Positions 1-9,226 are shown, counted from the stretch's first letter. The stretch: DNA of 24,000 nucleotides from an uncultured Alphaproteobacteria bacterium (GCA_963710275.1 CAVPZS010000002.1:529669-553668), one strand, 5' to 3'. The notes: a model not told the origin generated them from the letters alone. Numbers and translations: made by a program.

Positions 1-309
1 ATTCCAGCGGAACAGCGCGCCGAAGTGGCGCGGCTGCTCGAAGACCTCACGGTGTCGCACGAGGCAGGCTGGTATTCGATGATTTCGCTGCACGGAGGCG
101 GTTCGCCGGAAGCGATGAAACGCGAGATCTGGCGCAACTATCCGGTCATGGAGAAGGTCGAGCTGGTGGAGGGGCTTCTCGACCGCGGCGTCCTGAACGA
201 GGGCCAGCGCGTCTCGAAACAGCCCGGTCGTTGCTGCGCCAGCGGTTGCGAGGCGCCCGAGCCTTCCCGGCACGCCGACGCGCCATCGCTTGAACGAGCG
301 GCGGATTAG
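1..309 (+). CDS. 3' end of a conserved hypothetical protein (5'-partial, enters from the left edge)
   Basis: Frame 1 is open from base 1 to TAG at 307-309. The tail reads ...HEAGWYSMISLHGGGSPEAMKREIWRNYPVMEKVELVEGLL... and has coding-like composition. I cannot place the family from memory. Confidence 0.4.
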   Translation: MPAEQRAEVARLLEDLTVSHEAGWYSMISLHGGGSPEAMKREIWRNYPVMEKVELVEGLLDRGVLNEGQRVSKQPGRCCASGCEAPEPSRHADAPSLERAAD

Positions 310-374
310 CGCGCAGGCGGCGTTATTTAAGGTTCTGTCTTGAAATTACAGAATTCCATCCGATATCCATCCCT

Positions 375-818
375 ATGGATGGCGCAAGGATGATCCAGGT
401 GGCTGGCAATATGCAGGAGCTTCGGCCGAAACCGCCGGAAAGCGAGAAGATCACAATCAATCTCGGCTATGTCGATCTTGGTCATATCGATCTGCTGGTG
501 CAGGAAGGCTTTTTTTCGAACCGCTCCGATTTCATCCGCACGGCCATCCGCAATCAGCTCGATCGCCATCATGAGGCGGTCAAGCAATCGGTCATACGGC
601 GCAAGCTCGACATCGGCTTGCGGCGCTATGGCCGCGAGGACCTGGAGGCCGCGCGGGAAAAAGGCGAAACGCTCCACATCCAGGTCCTGGGACTGGCGAT
701 CATCGCTGAAGACGTCTCGCCCGAACTGGCCGCCGCAACAATCAGTTTCATCCATGTTCTCGGGGCCTTGCAAGCAAGCCCGGCGGTGAAAGCGGCTCTG
801 TCGGATCGCATCGGCTGA
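375..818 (+). CDS. CopG / ribbon-helix-helix family DNA-binding protein
   Basis: The motif KITINLGYVDLGHIDLLVQEGFFSNRSDFIRTAIRNQL is a typical RHH beta-strand plus two helices. The start is uncertain: ATG at 375, 390 or 411 are all in frame. Confidence 0.65.
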   Translation: MDGARMIQVAGNMQELRPKPPESEKITINLGYVDLGHIDLLVQEGFFSNRSDFIRTAIRNQLDRHHEAVKQSVIRRKLDIGLRRYGREDLEAAREKGETLHIQVLGLAIIAEDVSPELAAATISFIHVLGALQASPAVKAALSDRIG

Positions 819-918
819 CCGACGCTCCTATCCGTCATTGGAGGCGTCAATTCCACTCTCATGCGGGAGTCCGTCGCTCCATCGGCGCCGGCGTCCAGCG
901 CACCTAGGACTTTGCATC

Positions 919-2103
919 ATGAATGCTCCCACCAAGATCGACATGCTTGCGGCTGCCCGCCTGACGCGCGAGGGCCGGCTTGACGAGGCGATGGCCATCC
1001 TGCGCAAATCGCTCTCGTTCGGCGCGTCGCCCACCGACCCGCAGGAGTTAGATCCCGCCGCCCGCCCGCCGTCGCCGGGCGGCGCCGACCTGCCGCGGCC
1101 AAGGCTCGCTACAATGCTCGGAGGCCTCGCCCAGCGCATCGGCCGCCCGTGGCCGGCGCCTGGGCCTGGTCATCTCGATGGCCGAATTGATGACCTTTTG
1201 CCGCCCGCCACGGGCCGCGCGCCGCCCCGCCTGCCGGAGGGCGCTCGTTTCGAGCGACGCCGCTTCGCCAACGCGGCTGGCGTGCGGGATTACAAAATCT
1301 TCGTTCCTAGCGGCTATAGCGGCCAGGCCTTGCCGCTCGTGGTCATGCTGCACGGCTGCGCCCAGTCGCCCGACGATTTTGCCGCCGGCACGAAAATGAA
1401 CGATCTCGCCGAGGAACAGAGTTTTTTCGTCGCCTATCCCGAGCAATGCCGTTCGGCCAACGCCGGGAAGTGCTGGAACTGGTTCAGTTCCGACGATCAG
1501 GGGCGTGATCGGGGCGAGCCCTCGTTGATCGCGGGAATCACCTGCCAGATCATGCGGGATTTTTCTGTCGATCCAGGTCGCGTCTACATCGCAGGACTGT
1601 CAGCCGGCGGCGCCGCGGCTGCGATCATGGGCATGGTCTACCCGGAGATCTATGCGGCGATCGGCGTCCATTCCGGATTGCCGCATGGCGCCGCCAGCGA
1701 CATGCCCTCGGCTTTCGCGGCGATGAAGCAAGGCGGGTCCTCCACCGCGAGATTGCGACCGCGCGAAAAAACCGGGAGCGGGGTCCCCGCCATCGTGTTC
1801 CATGGCGACGGCGACACCACCGTCCATCCCGCCAATGGCGACGCGGTCATAACGCAGGCGAAGGCCGGGGCGGATCACGTCGTGACCGTCAGCAGCGGAA
1901 CATCCAAGGCCGGCCGAAAATACACCCGCACGGTTCACGCCGACGAACGCGGCCGACCGATGGCCGAGCACTGGCTTCTCCACGGATCCGGCCATGCCTG
2001 GTCTGGAGGAAGCCCCGCCGGCTCGTTCACCGACCCGCGCGGCCCAGACGCCAGCCGGGAAATGATGCGCTTTTTTGACCAGCACCGGGCATGCCGGCGC
2101 TGA
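919..2103 (+). CDS. PHB depolymerase family esterase (LpqC-like alpha/beta hydrolase)
   Basis: Contains LPLVVMLHGCAQSPDDFAAGTKMNDLAEEQSFFVAYPEQ...NAGKCWNWF, the nucleophile elbow GLSAGG, and the C-terminal HAWSGG. The ATG at 919 (MNAPTKIDML...) is preferred over the Arg-rich 838 extension. Confidence 0.8.
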   Translation: MNAPTKIDMLAAARLTREGRLDEAMAILRKSLSFGASPTDPQELDPAARPPSPGGADLPRPRLATMLGGLAQRIGRPWPAPGPGHLDGRIDDLLPPATGRAPPRLPEGARFERRRFANAAGVRDYKIFVPSGYSGQALPLVVMLHGCAQSPDDFAAGTKMNDLAEEQSFFVAYPEQCRSANAGKCWNWFSSDDQGRDRGEPSLIAGITCQIMRDFSVDPGRVYIAGLSAGGAAAAIMGMVYPEIYAAIGVHSGLPHGAASDMPSAFAAMKQGGSSTARLRPREKTGSGVPAIVFHGDGDTTVHPANGDAVITQAKAGADHVVTVSSGTSKAGRKYTRTVHADERGRPMAEHWLLHGSGHAWSGGSPAGSFTDPRGPDASREMMRFFDQHRACRR

Positions 2104-2156
2104 TATGGTTGAAGCTGCGGGCGCCTCTTCGTAGCGCTCCGCCTCCGGGGATCGAG

Positions 2157-3167
2157 ATGAAACCAATTCAAAAAATCTTCGCGATTGCATCGCTCGTCAT
2201 CGGCTTCCTTGTCCCGGCGGTCGCGGCGGAGCTTCCGAGCTATGGCCCACAGCTGGAGGGGTTTTCCTACCCCTTTCCCTTGGCCCATCTTGCCCTGGAG
2301 ACGCAGCGCAAGACCCTGGAAATGGGCTATATGGACGTGCCGCCCGCATCCAATCCCAACGGGCAGACGGCGGTGCTGCTGCATGGGAAGAATTTCTGCG
2401 CGGCGACCTGGGAAAGCACGATCCACGTCCTTTCCCAGGCCGGATATCGCGTGATCGCGCCGGACCAGATCGGTTTCTGCACCTCGTCGAAGCCGGCAAG
2501 CTATCAGTACTCGTTCCAGCAATTGGCGACCAACACCCATGCGCTGCTGGAAAAGCTCGGCGTCCGGAAAGCCGTGCTGATCGGACATTCGACCGGCGGC
2601 ATGCTGGCGACGCGCTATAGCCTGATGTTTCCCGAGGCGGTGTCGAAGCTGGTTCTCGTCGACCCAATCGGGCTGGAGGACTGGAAGGCGAAAGGCGTGC
2701 CCTACCGCACCATCGACCAGTGGTACGCCCGCGAGCTGAAACTCTCCGCCGAGGCGGTGAGGGCCTATGAATCGGAAACCTATTATGGCGGGCGCTGGAG
2801 GCCGGAATTCGACAAATGGGTGGAGATGCTGGCGGGCCTCAATCGCGGGCCTGGACATGAAGTCGTCGCGTGGAATTCGGCCCTGATCTACGACATGATC
2901 TTCACCCAGCCGGTGTTTTACGAATTTCCGAACTTGAAGGTTCCGACCGTCCTGATGATCGGCGACAAGGACAATACGGCGATCGGCCGCGACGCGGCGA
3001 GCCCGGAGGTCAAGGCCCAGCTCGGACATTACGACATCCTCGGCAAGCAGGTCGCCGCCATGATCCCGAGAGCCACCCTGATCGAATTTCCCGAACTCGG
3101 CCACGCGCCGCAAATTGAGCAGCCGGATCGTTTTCATGCCGAGTTGCTGAAGGCGCTCGCACAATAA
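2157..3167 (+). CDS. Secreted alpha/beta-fold hydrolase
   Basis: Signal peptide MKPIQKIFAIASLVIGFLVPAVAA, an HG oxyanion motif (VLLHGKNF), the nucleophile elbow GHSTGG, and a C-terminal catalytic His region (ELGHAPQIEQP). I chose the ATG at 2157 as the start; GGGGA lies a few nt upstream. Confidence 0.85.
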   Translation: MKPIQKIFAIASLVIGFLVPAVAAELPSYGPQLEGFSYPFPLAHLALETQRKTLEMGYMDVPPASNPNGQTAVLLHGKNFCAATWESTIHVLSQAGYRVIAPDQIGFCTSSKPASYQYSFQQLATNTHALLEKLGVRKAVLIGHSTGGMLATRYSLMFPEAVSKLVLVDPIGLEDWKAKGVPYRTIDQWYARELKLSAEAVRAYESETYYGGRWRPEFDKWVEMLAGLNRGPGHEVVAWNSALIYDMIFTQPVFYEFPNLKVPTVLMIGDKDNTAIGRDAASPEVKAQLGHYDILGKQVAAMIPRATLIEFPELGHAPQIEQPDRFHAELLKALAQ

Positions 3168-3192
3168 TTTCTTATGTTTCGGGACGACAAGT

Positions 3193-5967
3193 TCAGTGCA
3201 ACAGCCGAAGCGCACGGCCTTTCGCCACGGCGGCGGATCTGTTCTTGACGTCCAGCTTGAAATACAAGTTGGACAAATGCCATTTGATCGTCCGCACCGA
3301 TACCGACAGCCGTTCGGCGATCTGGGAGTTGTCGAGTCCCGCCTCGACGCAATGCAACAGTTCGATTTCGCGCGGCGTCGGCGGCGCCATGACGCCCTCG
3401 GGAATACGCGACTGGGGATTGCCCGCCAACAGGTCGAGCATCGAAAAAACGTGTGTGAGCGTTCCAAGCTCGTCCATATTGGTGAGGCCGAGCTCTTTCG
3501 GACGCATGCTTTCGCGAAGGTGGGCGACGAGCCGGGAACGTTTGAAATAAGGGCGATAGATCTCTCTCTTGGTCGTCAGCACGATGGCGCGTGTGAAAGC
3601 GCGCAGGGCCGCCGTGCGCGCGTCGGTCCGGAAATGGGCGTCGGCAGCCGCCAGGTTCAGTTCGATCTGGTCGCGCCGTCTTCCATCCTCCTGGGCGCAC
3701 CGGATTTCCTTTTGGAAAAGCTCCTGAGCCATGGTGAAATGCCCCCCGGCCATCAGCAGCGCCCCACTGGTCATGCGCGCGGCGGAGAGCTCCATTTTCG
3801 ACGCATTGGCCAGCAGGTCGGCCGGCCAGCCGCCCTTGGCGCTCCATCCCAGCTCTTCCGCGCGATCCATCGCCGCGTCGATGGAGCCGGCCTCCGCCAG
3901 CTCCTGAATCAGTTTCAGTTCGAACAGCACGCCAATGCGCTTTGGATAGGCCTTGACGATGGCGCGCAGATCATCGAGGGCGAAAATGGATCTGCCGCCT
4001 ATGGCCGAGGCCAAGGCGACTTCCAGCCCGGCCCAGGTCGAATCCGGGACGCCATTGGCCGTGGCGCGCAGTAGATGTTCCGCGACAATCTCCTCGGCCT
4101 TGCCCAGTTGGCCCATTTCGAGAAGGGCGCGCGCACGAACGATGGCGACAACCGAAAGGATGCTCGCGGTCGGCGTGATCTTTCCCCGCTCGGCGTGCTC
4201 AAGCCTGGACAATTCGCGTTCCGCCAAAGCCGGATCGCCCTGGCAAATTTCCCGAATGGCTTCGATGGATTCGATCCAGCAACGACCGTAGATGCTGTTC
4301 GAATGGGAAATCGCCGCTTGCGCGAGCCGCAGCGAATGGCGCGCGGCGTTATATTCGTGCCTGGAAAAGCGGGCGATGCCCAGTCCGCCCGCCGCCGCGA
4401 CGCCAAATTCGAAAGGCTCCGCGTTCGGATTGTCGCGCAGCCAGACTTCGGAGATCGCGATCGCGCTTTCTGGCGCATCGAGATGAATGGACGTCGCGAT
4501 CTCGGCAAGCGCCAGTTTGGAGCGAAGCTCCGCCGATCTCGGTTCGTCGCCTGAAGCGGCGATCTGCTCGTAAGCCGTCCGGATCTCTTCTTTCGCATCC
4601 CAAAAACGACGTTCGAACATGAGGGCCCATGCGTACCAGAAGGTCGCCAGATGGCCCCTTTTCACCCCCGCCTCGTCGGCGCTGCGGATCCAGTTGATGA
4701 ACGTGGACGTATCTCCCTGTTCTCTGACGAGGGCGCATGCGGCGCGGTCGAGAATTTCCGCGATCAACTCCCGTTCGCCGGCGTTCATCGCGAGATCGAA
4801 GGCGCTCTTCTGGTCTCCCTGCCGCATCAGCCAGCGCGCCGCTTTTGCGTGGACTTCGCTGCGCCGCGCCACTGGATGGCGGCGGCGCGCCTCCTGGACG
4901 AGAAACTGGCGAAACAGCGTATGAAACCGGAACCAGCGGTGCTGATTGTCAATCGGAATGATCATGATATTGCGGTCGATGAGAAACTGGATCCAGGCCG
5001 CCGCGCGCGGGTTGTCGGTGGCGATTTCCGCCAGCTCCGCCGAGAAATGCCGAAATTCGGCGATCTCGTAGAGAAACGTCACGAGTTCGGGATCGAATGA
5101 AGACATCAGCCGCTCGGACAGGATGTCGGCTATGTGGCCCTCGTGCCCGGCTAGCAGATCAATGCCGCGTTTCAGCGTCCCGCCTGCCTGGGCGGTCAGT
5201 TGCAGGAGGCGGATCGCCGCCGGCCAACCTTCCGTCTTGTCAACGACTTCGTCCAGAGCAGCAGGATCGATGCCCGCCAATCCGGCAGATTCAAACAATT
5301 CGGACGTCGCCTGTCGATCGAAACTAAGATCGGCGGCCTTGATCGTCTGCAGATTGAGCTCGAGATGCGCCCTGCCTGCGTTGAAAGGCACAGGAGTTGA
5401 AGACGAGGAAATGAAAAGCTTCACCCAACTGGGCGTATTGAACACCAGCGCATTGATCAGGCGATCGACCCCGGCCTCCCGGCAAAAATCGATGTTATCG
5501 ATGAAGATGATCGTCGGTCCGGGGCCCGCCGAATAGCGGCGTCGAATGTCTTCAATCCGGTCGAGAGAATCGGACTGCGACAGCTTTTCATAAACATTCA
5601 TGTCCGGACTATCGAGAGCCGTCTCCGTCTCGAACAGGCGCAGCAGACTGCCAAGGCTTGCGACGCGATCATCAAGCGCAATCCAGACGCAATGGACGCC
5701 GGAGCGTTTATATTTCTTGTAAAGCCCGGAAAGAAAAACGGTTTTTCCGTAACCTGGCGGCGCGGTGACGGTCGTGATCTTGGGCAGAGCCTGCCGCGAA
5801 GCCATGGCCGCGAACAGGCGCGTCTCGACCGGCCTGAAAGAATAGTCAGGGGGTGGGGGAAGCGCCAAAGCGGAGACTTCCGTCGCCGCATCCTGTGAAC
5901 CGGAATTCATGCAGGGCGATACAAGCTTATCGTTCCCTGGCTGGACAGGCCGGGAGGATTGTTTCAT
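3193..5967 (-). CDS. Large ATP-binding LuxR-family regulator (MalT/LAL type)
   Basis: 924 aa. Walker A APPGYGKT, Walker B-like IIFIDNIDF, a long helical TPR-like middle, and a C-terminal LuxR HTH (TPREIELLHCVEAGLDNSQIAERLSVSVRTIKWHLSNLYFKLDV). Confidence 0.85.
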   Translation of the reverse strand: MKQSSRPVQPGNDKLVSPCMNSGSQDAATEVSALALPPPPDYSFRPVETRLFAAMASRQALPKITTVTAPPGYGKTVFLSGLYKKYKRSGVHCVWIALDDRVASLGSLLRLFETETALDSPDMNVYEKLSQSDSLDRIEDIRRRYSAGPGPTIIFIDNIDFCREAGVDRLINALVFNTPSWVKLFISSSSTPVPFNAGRAHLELNLQTIKAADLSFDRQATSELFESAGLAGIDPAALDEVVDKTEGWPAAIRLLQLTAQAGGTLKRGIDLLAGHEGHIADILSERLMSSFDPELVTFLYEIAEFRHFSAELAEIATDNPRAAAWIQFLIDRNIMIIPIDNQHRWFRFHTLFRQFLVQEARRRHPVARRSEVHAKAARWLMRQGDQKSAFDLAMNAGERELIAEILDRAACALVREQGDTSTFINWIRSADEAGVKRGHLATFWYAWALMFERRFWDAKEEIRTAYEQIAASGDEPRSAELRSKLALAEIATSIHLDAPESAIAISEVWLRDNPNAEPFEFGVAAAGGLGIARFSRHEYNAARHSLRLAQAAISHSNSIYGRCWIESIEAIREICQGDPALAERELSRLEHAERGKITPTASILSVVAIVRARALLEMGQLGKAEEIVAEHLLRATANGVPDSTWAGLEVALASAIGGRSIFALDDLRAIVKAYPKRIGVLFELKLIQELAEAGSIDAAMDRAEELGWSAKGGWPADLLANASKMELSAARMTSGALLMAGGHFTMAQELFQKEIRCAQEDGRRRDQIELNLAAADAHFRTDARTAALRAFTRAIVLTTKREIYRPYFKRSRLVAHLRESMRPKELGLTNMDELGTLTHVFSMLDLLAGNPQSRIPEGVMAPPTPREIELLHCVEAGLDNSQIAERLSVSVRTIKWHLSNLYFKLDVKNRSAAVAKGRALRLLH

Positions 5968-6178
5968 CGACGCGTTCCCTCATCGCGGCAATCTTTATCG
6001 CTGCCGTCAATAGGAACTATTGCCCCCTAAATCGCAATATTCACCCCGCCAAAAGTATGGGCTCCCCTCCCCTGCCTTGACAGCGAGGGGGTCGAGCAGT
6101 GGCTGACGGCAGGAGCTTGACCGTTCCATGTCGTTCGCGAGGCCCCCTTGAGGGCCCTCGCATGGGTGCTGGCGGAGG

Positions 6179-7642
6179 TCAGGCTGTCTTGTCAGGCGAT
6201 CCCAGGAACAGTTTCAGCGTCAGATTTTGAACGAAATTGAGATAGGGCGGATAAAACAAACCGACCGGGAAAAACCGATGCCGTTTGAAGACCGTCCTGG
6301 CATGCGACAATTCTCGGAATCCTTCGATGCCGGTATAGCTTCCCATGCCTGAATTGCCGACGCCGCCAAAGGGCGCCGCCTGGTTGATGGCGTGCCAGAT
6401 CCAATCGTTGATGGTGACGCCGCCCGATTGCGTATTGGTCAGCACGCTGTTGCGGGCTTCCCGATCGTGACCAAAGCAATAAAGGGCAAGCGGACGCTCG
6501 CGCGTATTGATGAATGTGATCGCGTCTTCCAGCTTGTCATAGGGAACGACTGGCAGAACCGGGCCGAAAAGCTCCTCCTTCAGGATTCGCATGTCAGCCG
6601 TGCAATTCGTGACGATGTGAAGCGGCATGCGCCGCCCATCGCGTTCGCGGTCGTAAGGCGCGCACGGAATGATTTTCGCGCCCAACCGGGCGGCGTCGGC
6701 GAGCACGTCCCATATACGAGCCAGAGAACGATCGTCTATGATCGAGGTATAGTCTCGCGGTTCGTGGAAACGCTCGCCGATCAGTTTGCCAGAGCAGGTC
6801 TTCACCTCCTGTATGAAGTCATCGACGCTTTCGCGCGGCGCGAGGGCGTAATCGGGCGAAAGACAGACCTGGCCGCAATTGACCGATTTCCCGTGAACGA
6901 TGCGCAACGCTGCTTCTGATAGCGAATAGCCGCGCGTGATCACCGCCGGACATTTGCCGCCGAGTTCAAGCGTCACGGGCGTCAGATTGTCCGCTGCCGC
7001 GCGCATGACCAATTTGCCGACACGCGGCGATCCGGTGAAGACGATATGGTCGAAGGGCAAGGTCGTGAATTCGGTGGGGTCCCGCAACTCGTCGCCAAAC
7101 ACGGCGACTTCGTCTTCGTCGAAGATTTCCCCAATGATCTTGCGCATCACGGCGCTGCTGGCGGGCAAGTTTTCCGAAAATTTGAGCATCACGCGATTTC
7201 CCGCCGCCAGCGCCGTGATCATGGGACCAAGGGCGAGGAAGAACGGGAAATTCCACGGCGAGATAATGCCGACAACGCCTTTGGGTTGATAATCGACTCT
7301 CAGACTGTTGCTCGCCATGAGCAATGTGGGCCAGCGGCGGCTCGGCCTCATCCATCGACGCAACTGCGAATGGACATGATCCGCTTGCAACGCCGTCGGG
7401 AGCAAGTCGAGCATCTTCGTTTCCGCGGCGGAGCGGGTGGCGAAGTCGCGGCTGACCGCTTCGCAGATCACATCCTGGTATCGGGCCACTTGCCGCTTGA
7501 TCGCCTTGATTTTTTTGCGCCGATCCGCCAGGGACGGGTAAGGGTTCAGCCGAAAGGCCTCTTTTTGCGCGTCAAAGATCCTCCTCAGGCGTGACTGGGA
7601 CTGATTGAACGTCGGCGTAGCGACGTTGGATAGCGTCATCAT
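6179..7642 (-). CDS. NAD(P)+-dependent aldehyde dehydrogenase (class 3 / coniferyl-aldehyde-DH-like)
   Basis: 487 aa. Catalytic motifs LELGGKCP and NCGQVCLSPDY, plus FGGVGNSGMGSY. An SD-like AAGGGAG lies 5 nt upstream of the ATGATG start on the minus strand. Confidence 0.9.
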   Translation of the reverse strand: MMTLSNVATPTFNQSQSRLRRIFDAQKEAFRLNPYPSLADRRKKIKAIKRQVARYQDVICEAVSRDFATRSAAETKMLDLLPTALQADHVHSQLRRWMRPSRRWPTLLMASNSLRVDYQPKGVVGIISPWNFPFFLALGPMITALAAGNRVMLKFSENLPASSAVMRKIIGEIFDEDEVAVFGDELRDPTEFTTLPFDHIVFTGSPRVGKLVMRAAADNLTPVTLELGGKCPAVITRGYSLSEAALRIVHGKSVNCGQVCLSPDYALAPRESVDDFIQEVKTCSGKLIGERFHEPRDYTSIIDDRSLARIWDVLADAARLGAKIIPCAPYDRERDGRRMPLHIVTNCTADMRILKEELFGPVLPVVPYDKLEDAITFINTRERPLALYCFGHDREARNSVLTNTQSGGVTINDWIWHAINQAAPFGGVGNSGMGSYTGIEGFRELSHARTVFKRHRFFPVGLFYPPYLNFVQNLTLKLFLGSPDKTA

Positions 7643-7990
7643 CTTGCTCCCTTGCTATTTTCTTGGAGCATGACGCCCGAGTGCGCCACGCCGCCGCAGG
7701 ATATAGTTCCGACGCCTCCTCGCCGGGCCGGCGCGTCCGATTACCGCCGCCCATGGCGCGTTCTTCACCGGCGACTGCCCAGCCATCCGGACAAAGCGCG
7801 AAAAGGCAAACCAGGAGAGCAGGATCATGCGCCCGGCCTGCGTCAACCGGACCGTACCTAAGTATGGGCGACGCGCGCCAGCGCCGCCCAACGCTTGCGG
7901 CCCCGCCGTCGAGGGGCCCCAACATACTTTACCGCCATCGCCAGCTTTCCGGCGATAACGCTCGTCAATGCCGCCCTGTTCCGACACCAG

Positions 7991-8030
7991 ACGTGTCATA
8001 AGCTATTGTTTTAACGATATTATCTTGAAA
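7991..8030 (+). promoter_or_regulatory. AT-rich island; candidate promoter region for the CuMMO operon (long 5' UTR) and/or the divergent ALDH gene
   Basis: This is the only strongly AT-rich stretch (acgtgtcataagctattgttttaacgatattatcttgaaa) in the 728-bp intergenic region. It has a TATTAT -10-like hexamer at 8018-8023 and a weak -35 (GTCATA, 7995-8000). No transcription start data. Confidence 0.2.
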
Positions 8031-8370
8031 CCCACGCAGCTCTGCCCGCTGATTCCGCAAGCATGTGTCCCCAAGCCAAACTTTGGTACAGGGCGGCAAC
8101 GCCTCCGGTCATGTATGTCTGAATAGAGGGTCTCGAATGGGAACGGCCGGCGTCGGCGCCGTTTGAGCAAATATGGGGCGGAAAAGGGCGGGCGAAGTCG
8201 TTACCGCAAAGCCCATTTAACTTCCGTCCCAAACCTGAACGACAATGCAAGTGACCCGCGAATACTGCGGGCGCCCCGGGGAAACAGGAAGCATCATTTT
8301 CGCCTTTGGCCTTTGCCCTCGTATTTTGGCGGCGCGGAAGGCGACACGATAAGCTTAGGGAGGAGTCTTC

Positions 8371-9187
8371 ATGTCTGTCGCTCAAGAATATGACCAGTCC
8401 GCCGCAGCCGCCGTCAAGGCGAAGGTTGTCGCAAAGCTGAAAGTGTTCAACGTTGTCCCGGTGGCGCTCGCCTGGGGTCTGCTCCTGGCCATTTTCGCGG
8501 GCTTGCGCATTTATCTGCAGCTTTTCGCGTTCAAATATGGTCTCGAACTCGACGGATCAGCTTTTCGAAACCTATTGGATGACGCTGTTCAAGGTGGAGC
8601 TTCCCTTGATCTTCGGAACCGGATTCGCCATCTGGATTTACTTGTGGGTGACCCGTGATCGTCATTTCGAGGCCTTGACGCCGGAAGTCGAGCTGAGGCG
8701 TTACTTCGGTCTGGTGGGCTGGTTCCTGGTCTATGTTTTCGCGTTCTTTTTGCTCGCGGCTGTCTTCGCCGAGGGCGACGCAACCTGGCATCAGACCGTG
8801 GTCCGGGATACGCCGCTGACCCCCAGCCATATCATCACTTTCTACGCTTGCGTGCCGGTCTATCTCGTCTGTGGCGTCGGCAGCCTGCTTTATGCGGTCA
8901 CACGGCTTCCCGCCTATGCCAAAAGCTATTCCGTGCCGCTGCTGATGGTCGTGATCGGGCCGGCCATGATCCTGCCCAACGTCGGCTACAACGAATGGGG
9001 CCACGCTTTCTGGTTCACTGAAGAAATCTTTTCCCATCCGCTGCATTGGGGCTTCCCGGTATTGGGCTGGACCGGCTTGGCCCTCGGCGGCGCGCTCGTT
9101 CAGGTCATGTCCCGCATGTCGCAGTTGTTTATCAAGCTGGGCGCAGCAACATCCAAGGAAGTCGCGCCGGCGCAGGCCGCCGAGTAA
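8371..9187 (+). CDS. pmoC: CuMMO subunit C (PmoC/AmoC family), interrupted by an apparent 1-nt insertion near 8554 (pseudogene or sequencing error)
   Basis: Strong SD GGGAGGAG at 8357-8364, 6 nt before the ATG at 8371. Frame 1 gives the N-terminus and TM1 (VALAWGLLLAIFAGLRIYLQLFAFKYGLELD). Frame 2 continues from 8555 with DQLFETYWMTLFKVELPL... GDATWHQTVVRDTPLTPSH ... NEWGHAFWFTEEIFSHPLHWGF. The joined length is about 271 aa, normal for PmoC. Confidence 0.85.
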
Positions 9188-9203
9188 CGCGACAGGTTCG
9201 GTC

Positions 9204-9226
9204 CCTGGGGTGTTTCTCACCCCAGG
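9204..9226 (+). promoter_or_regulatory. Perfect 9-bp stem / 5-nt loop hairpin in the pmoC-pmoA spacer
   Basis: CCTGGGGTG-tttct-CACCCCAGG. It lies 17 nt after the pmoC stop and is followed by an A-rich tract rather than a U-run, so it is not a canonical terminator. It may be an mRNA processing or stability element. Confidence 0.45.

Noticed and set aside
356-382. CCATCC direct repeat plus GGATGG inverted copy overlapping the first ATG of the CopG-like gene
   Set aside because: It is short at 6 bp. It could be an autoregulatory RHH operator, but there is no evidence beyond the repeat itself.
1935-3467. 510-aa minus-strand ORF overlapping the esterase and hydrolase genes
   Set aside because: It is antisense to two genes with clear family motifs and has Arg/Pro/Ala-rich low-complexity composition. 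This is a typical high-GC shadow ORF.
6077-6082. Perfect TTGACA hexamer on the + strand in the LuxR-ALDH spacer
   Set aside because: There is no matching -10 at the proper spacing, and it would drive transcription antisense into the ALDH gene. It is probably fortuitous.
6137-6161. Imperfect GC-rich hairpin just downstream of the ALDH stop (minus strand)
   Set aside because: The stem is bulged and no U-tract follows on the minus strand, so it is not supportable as a terminator.
7652-8001. Several 69-117 aa ORFs on both strands in the pmoC-ALDH intergenic region
   Set aside because: They overlap one another, are Arg/Pro/Ala-rich, and have no SD or recognisable domain. They are kept only as a possible decayed-gene remark.
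8084-8098. Sigma-54-like TGGTAC-n-GGCA motif upstream of pmoC
   Set aside because: The GG to GC spacing is off by one relative to TGGCAC-N5-TTGC, and the -12 element is poor. A second look-alike at about 8326-8341 has the same problem.
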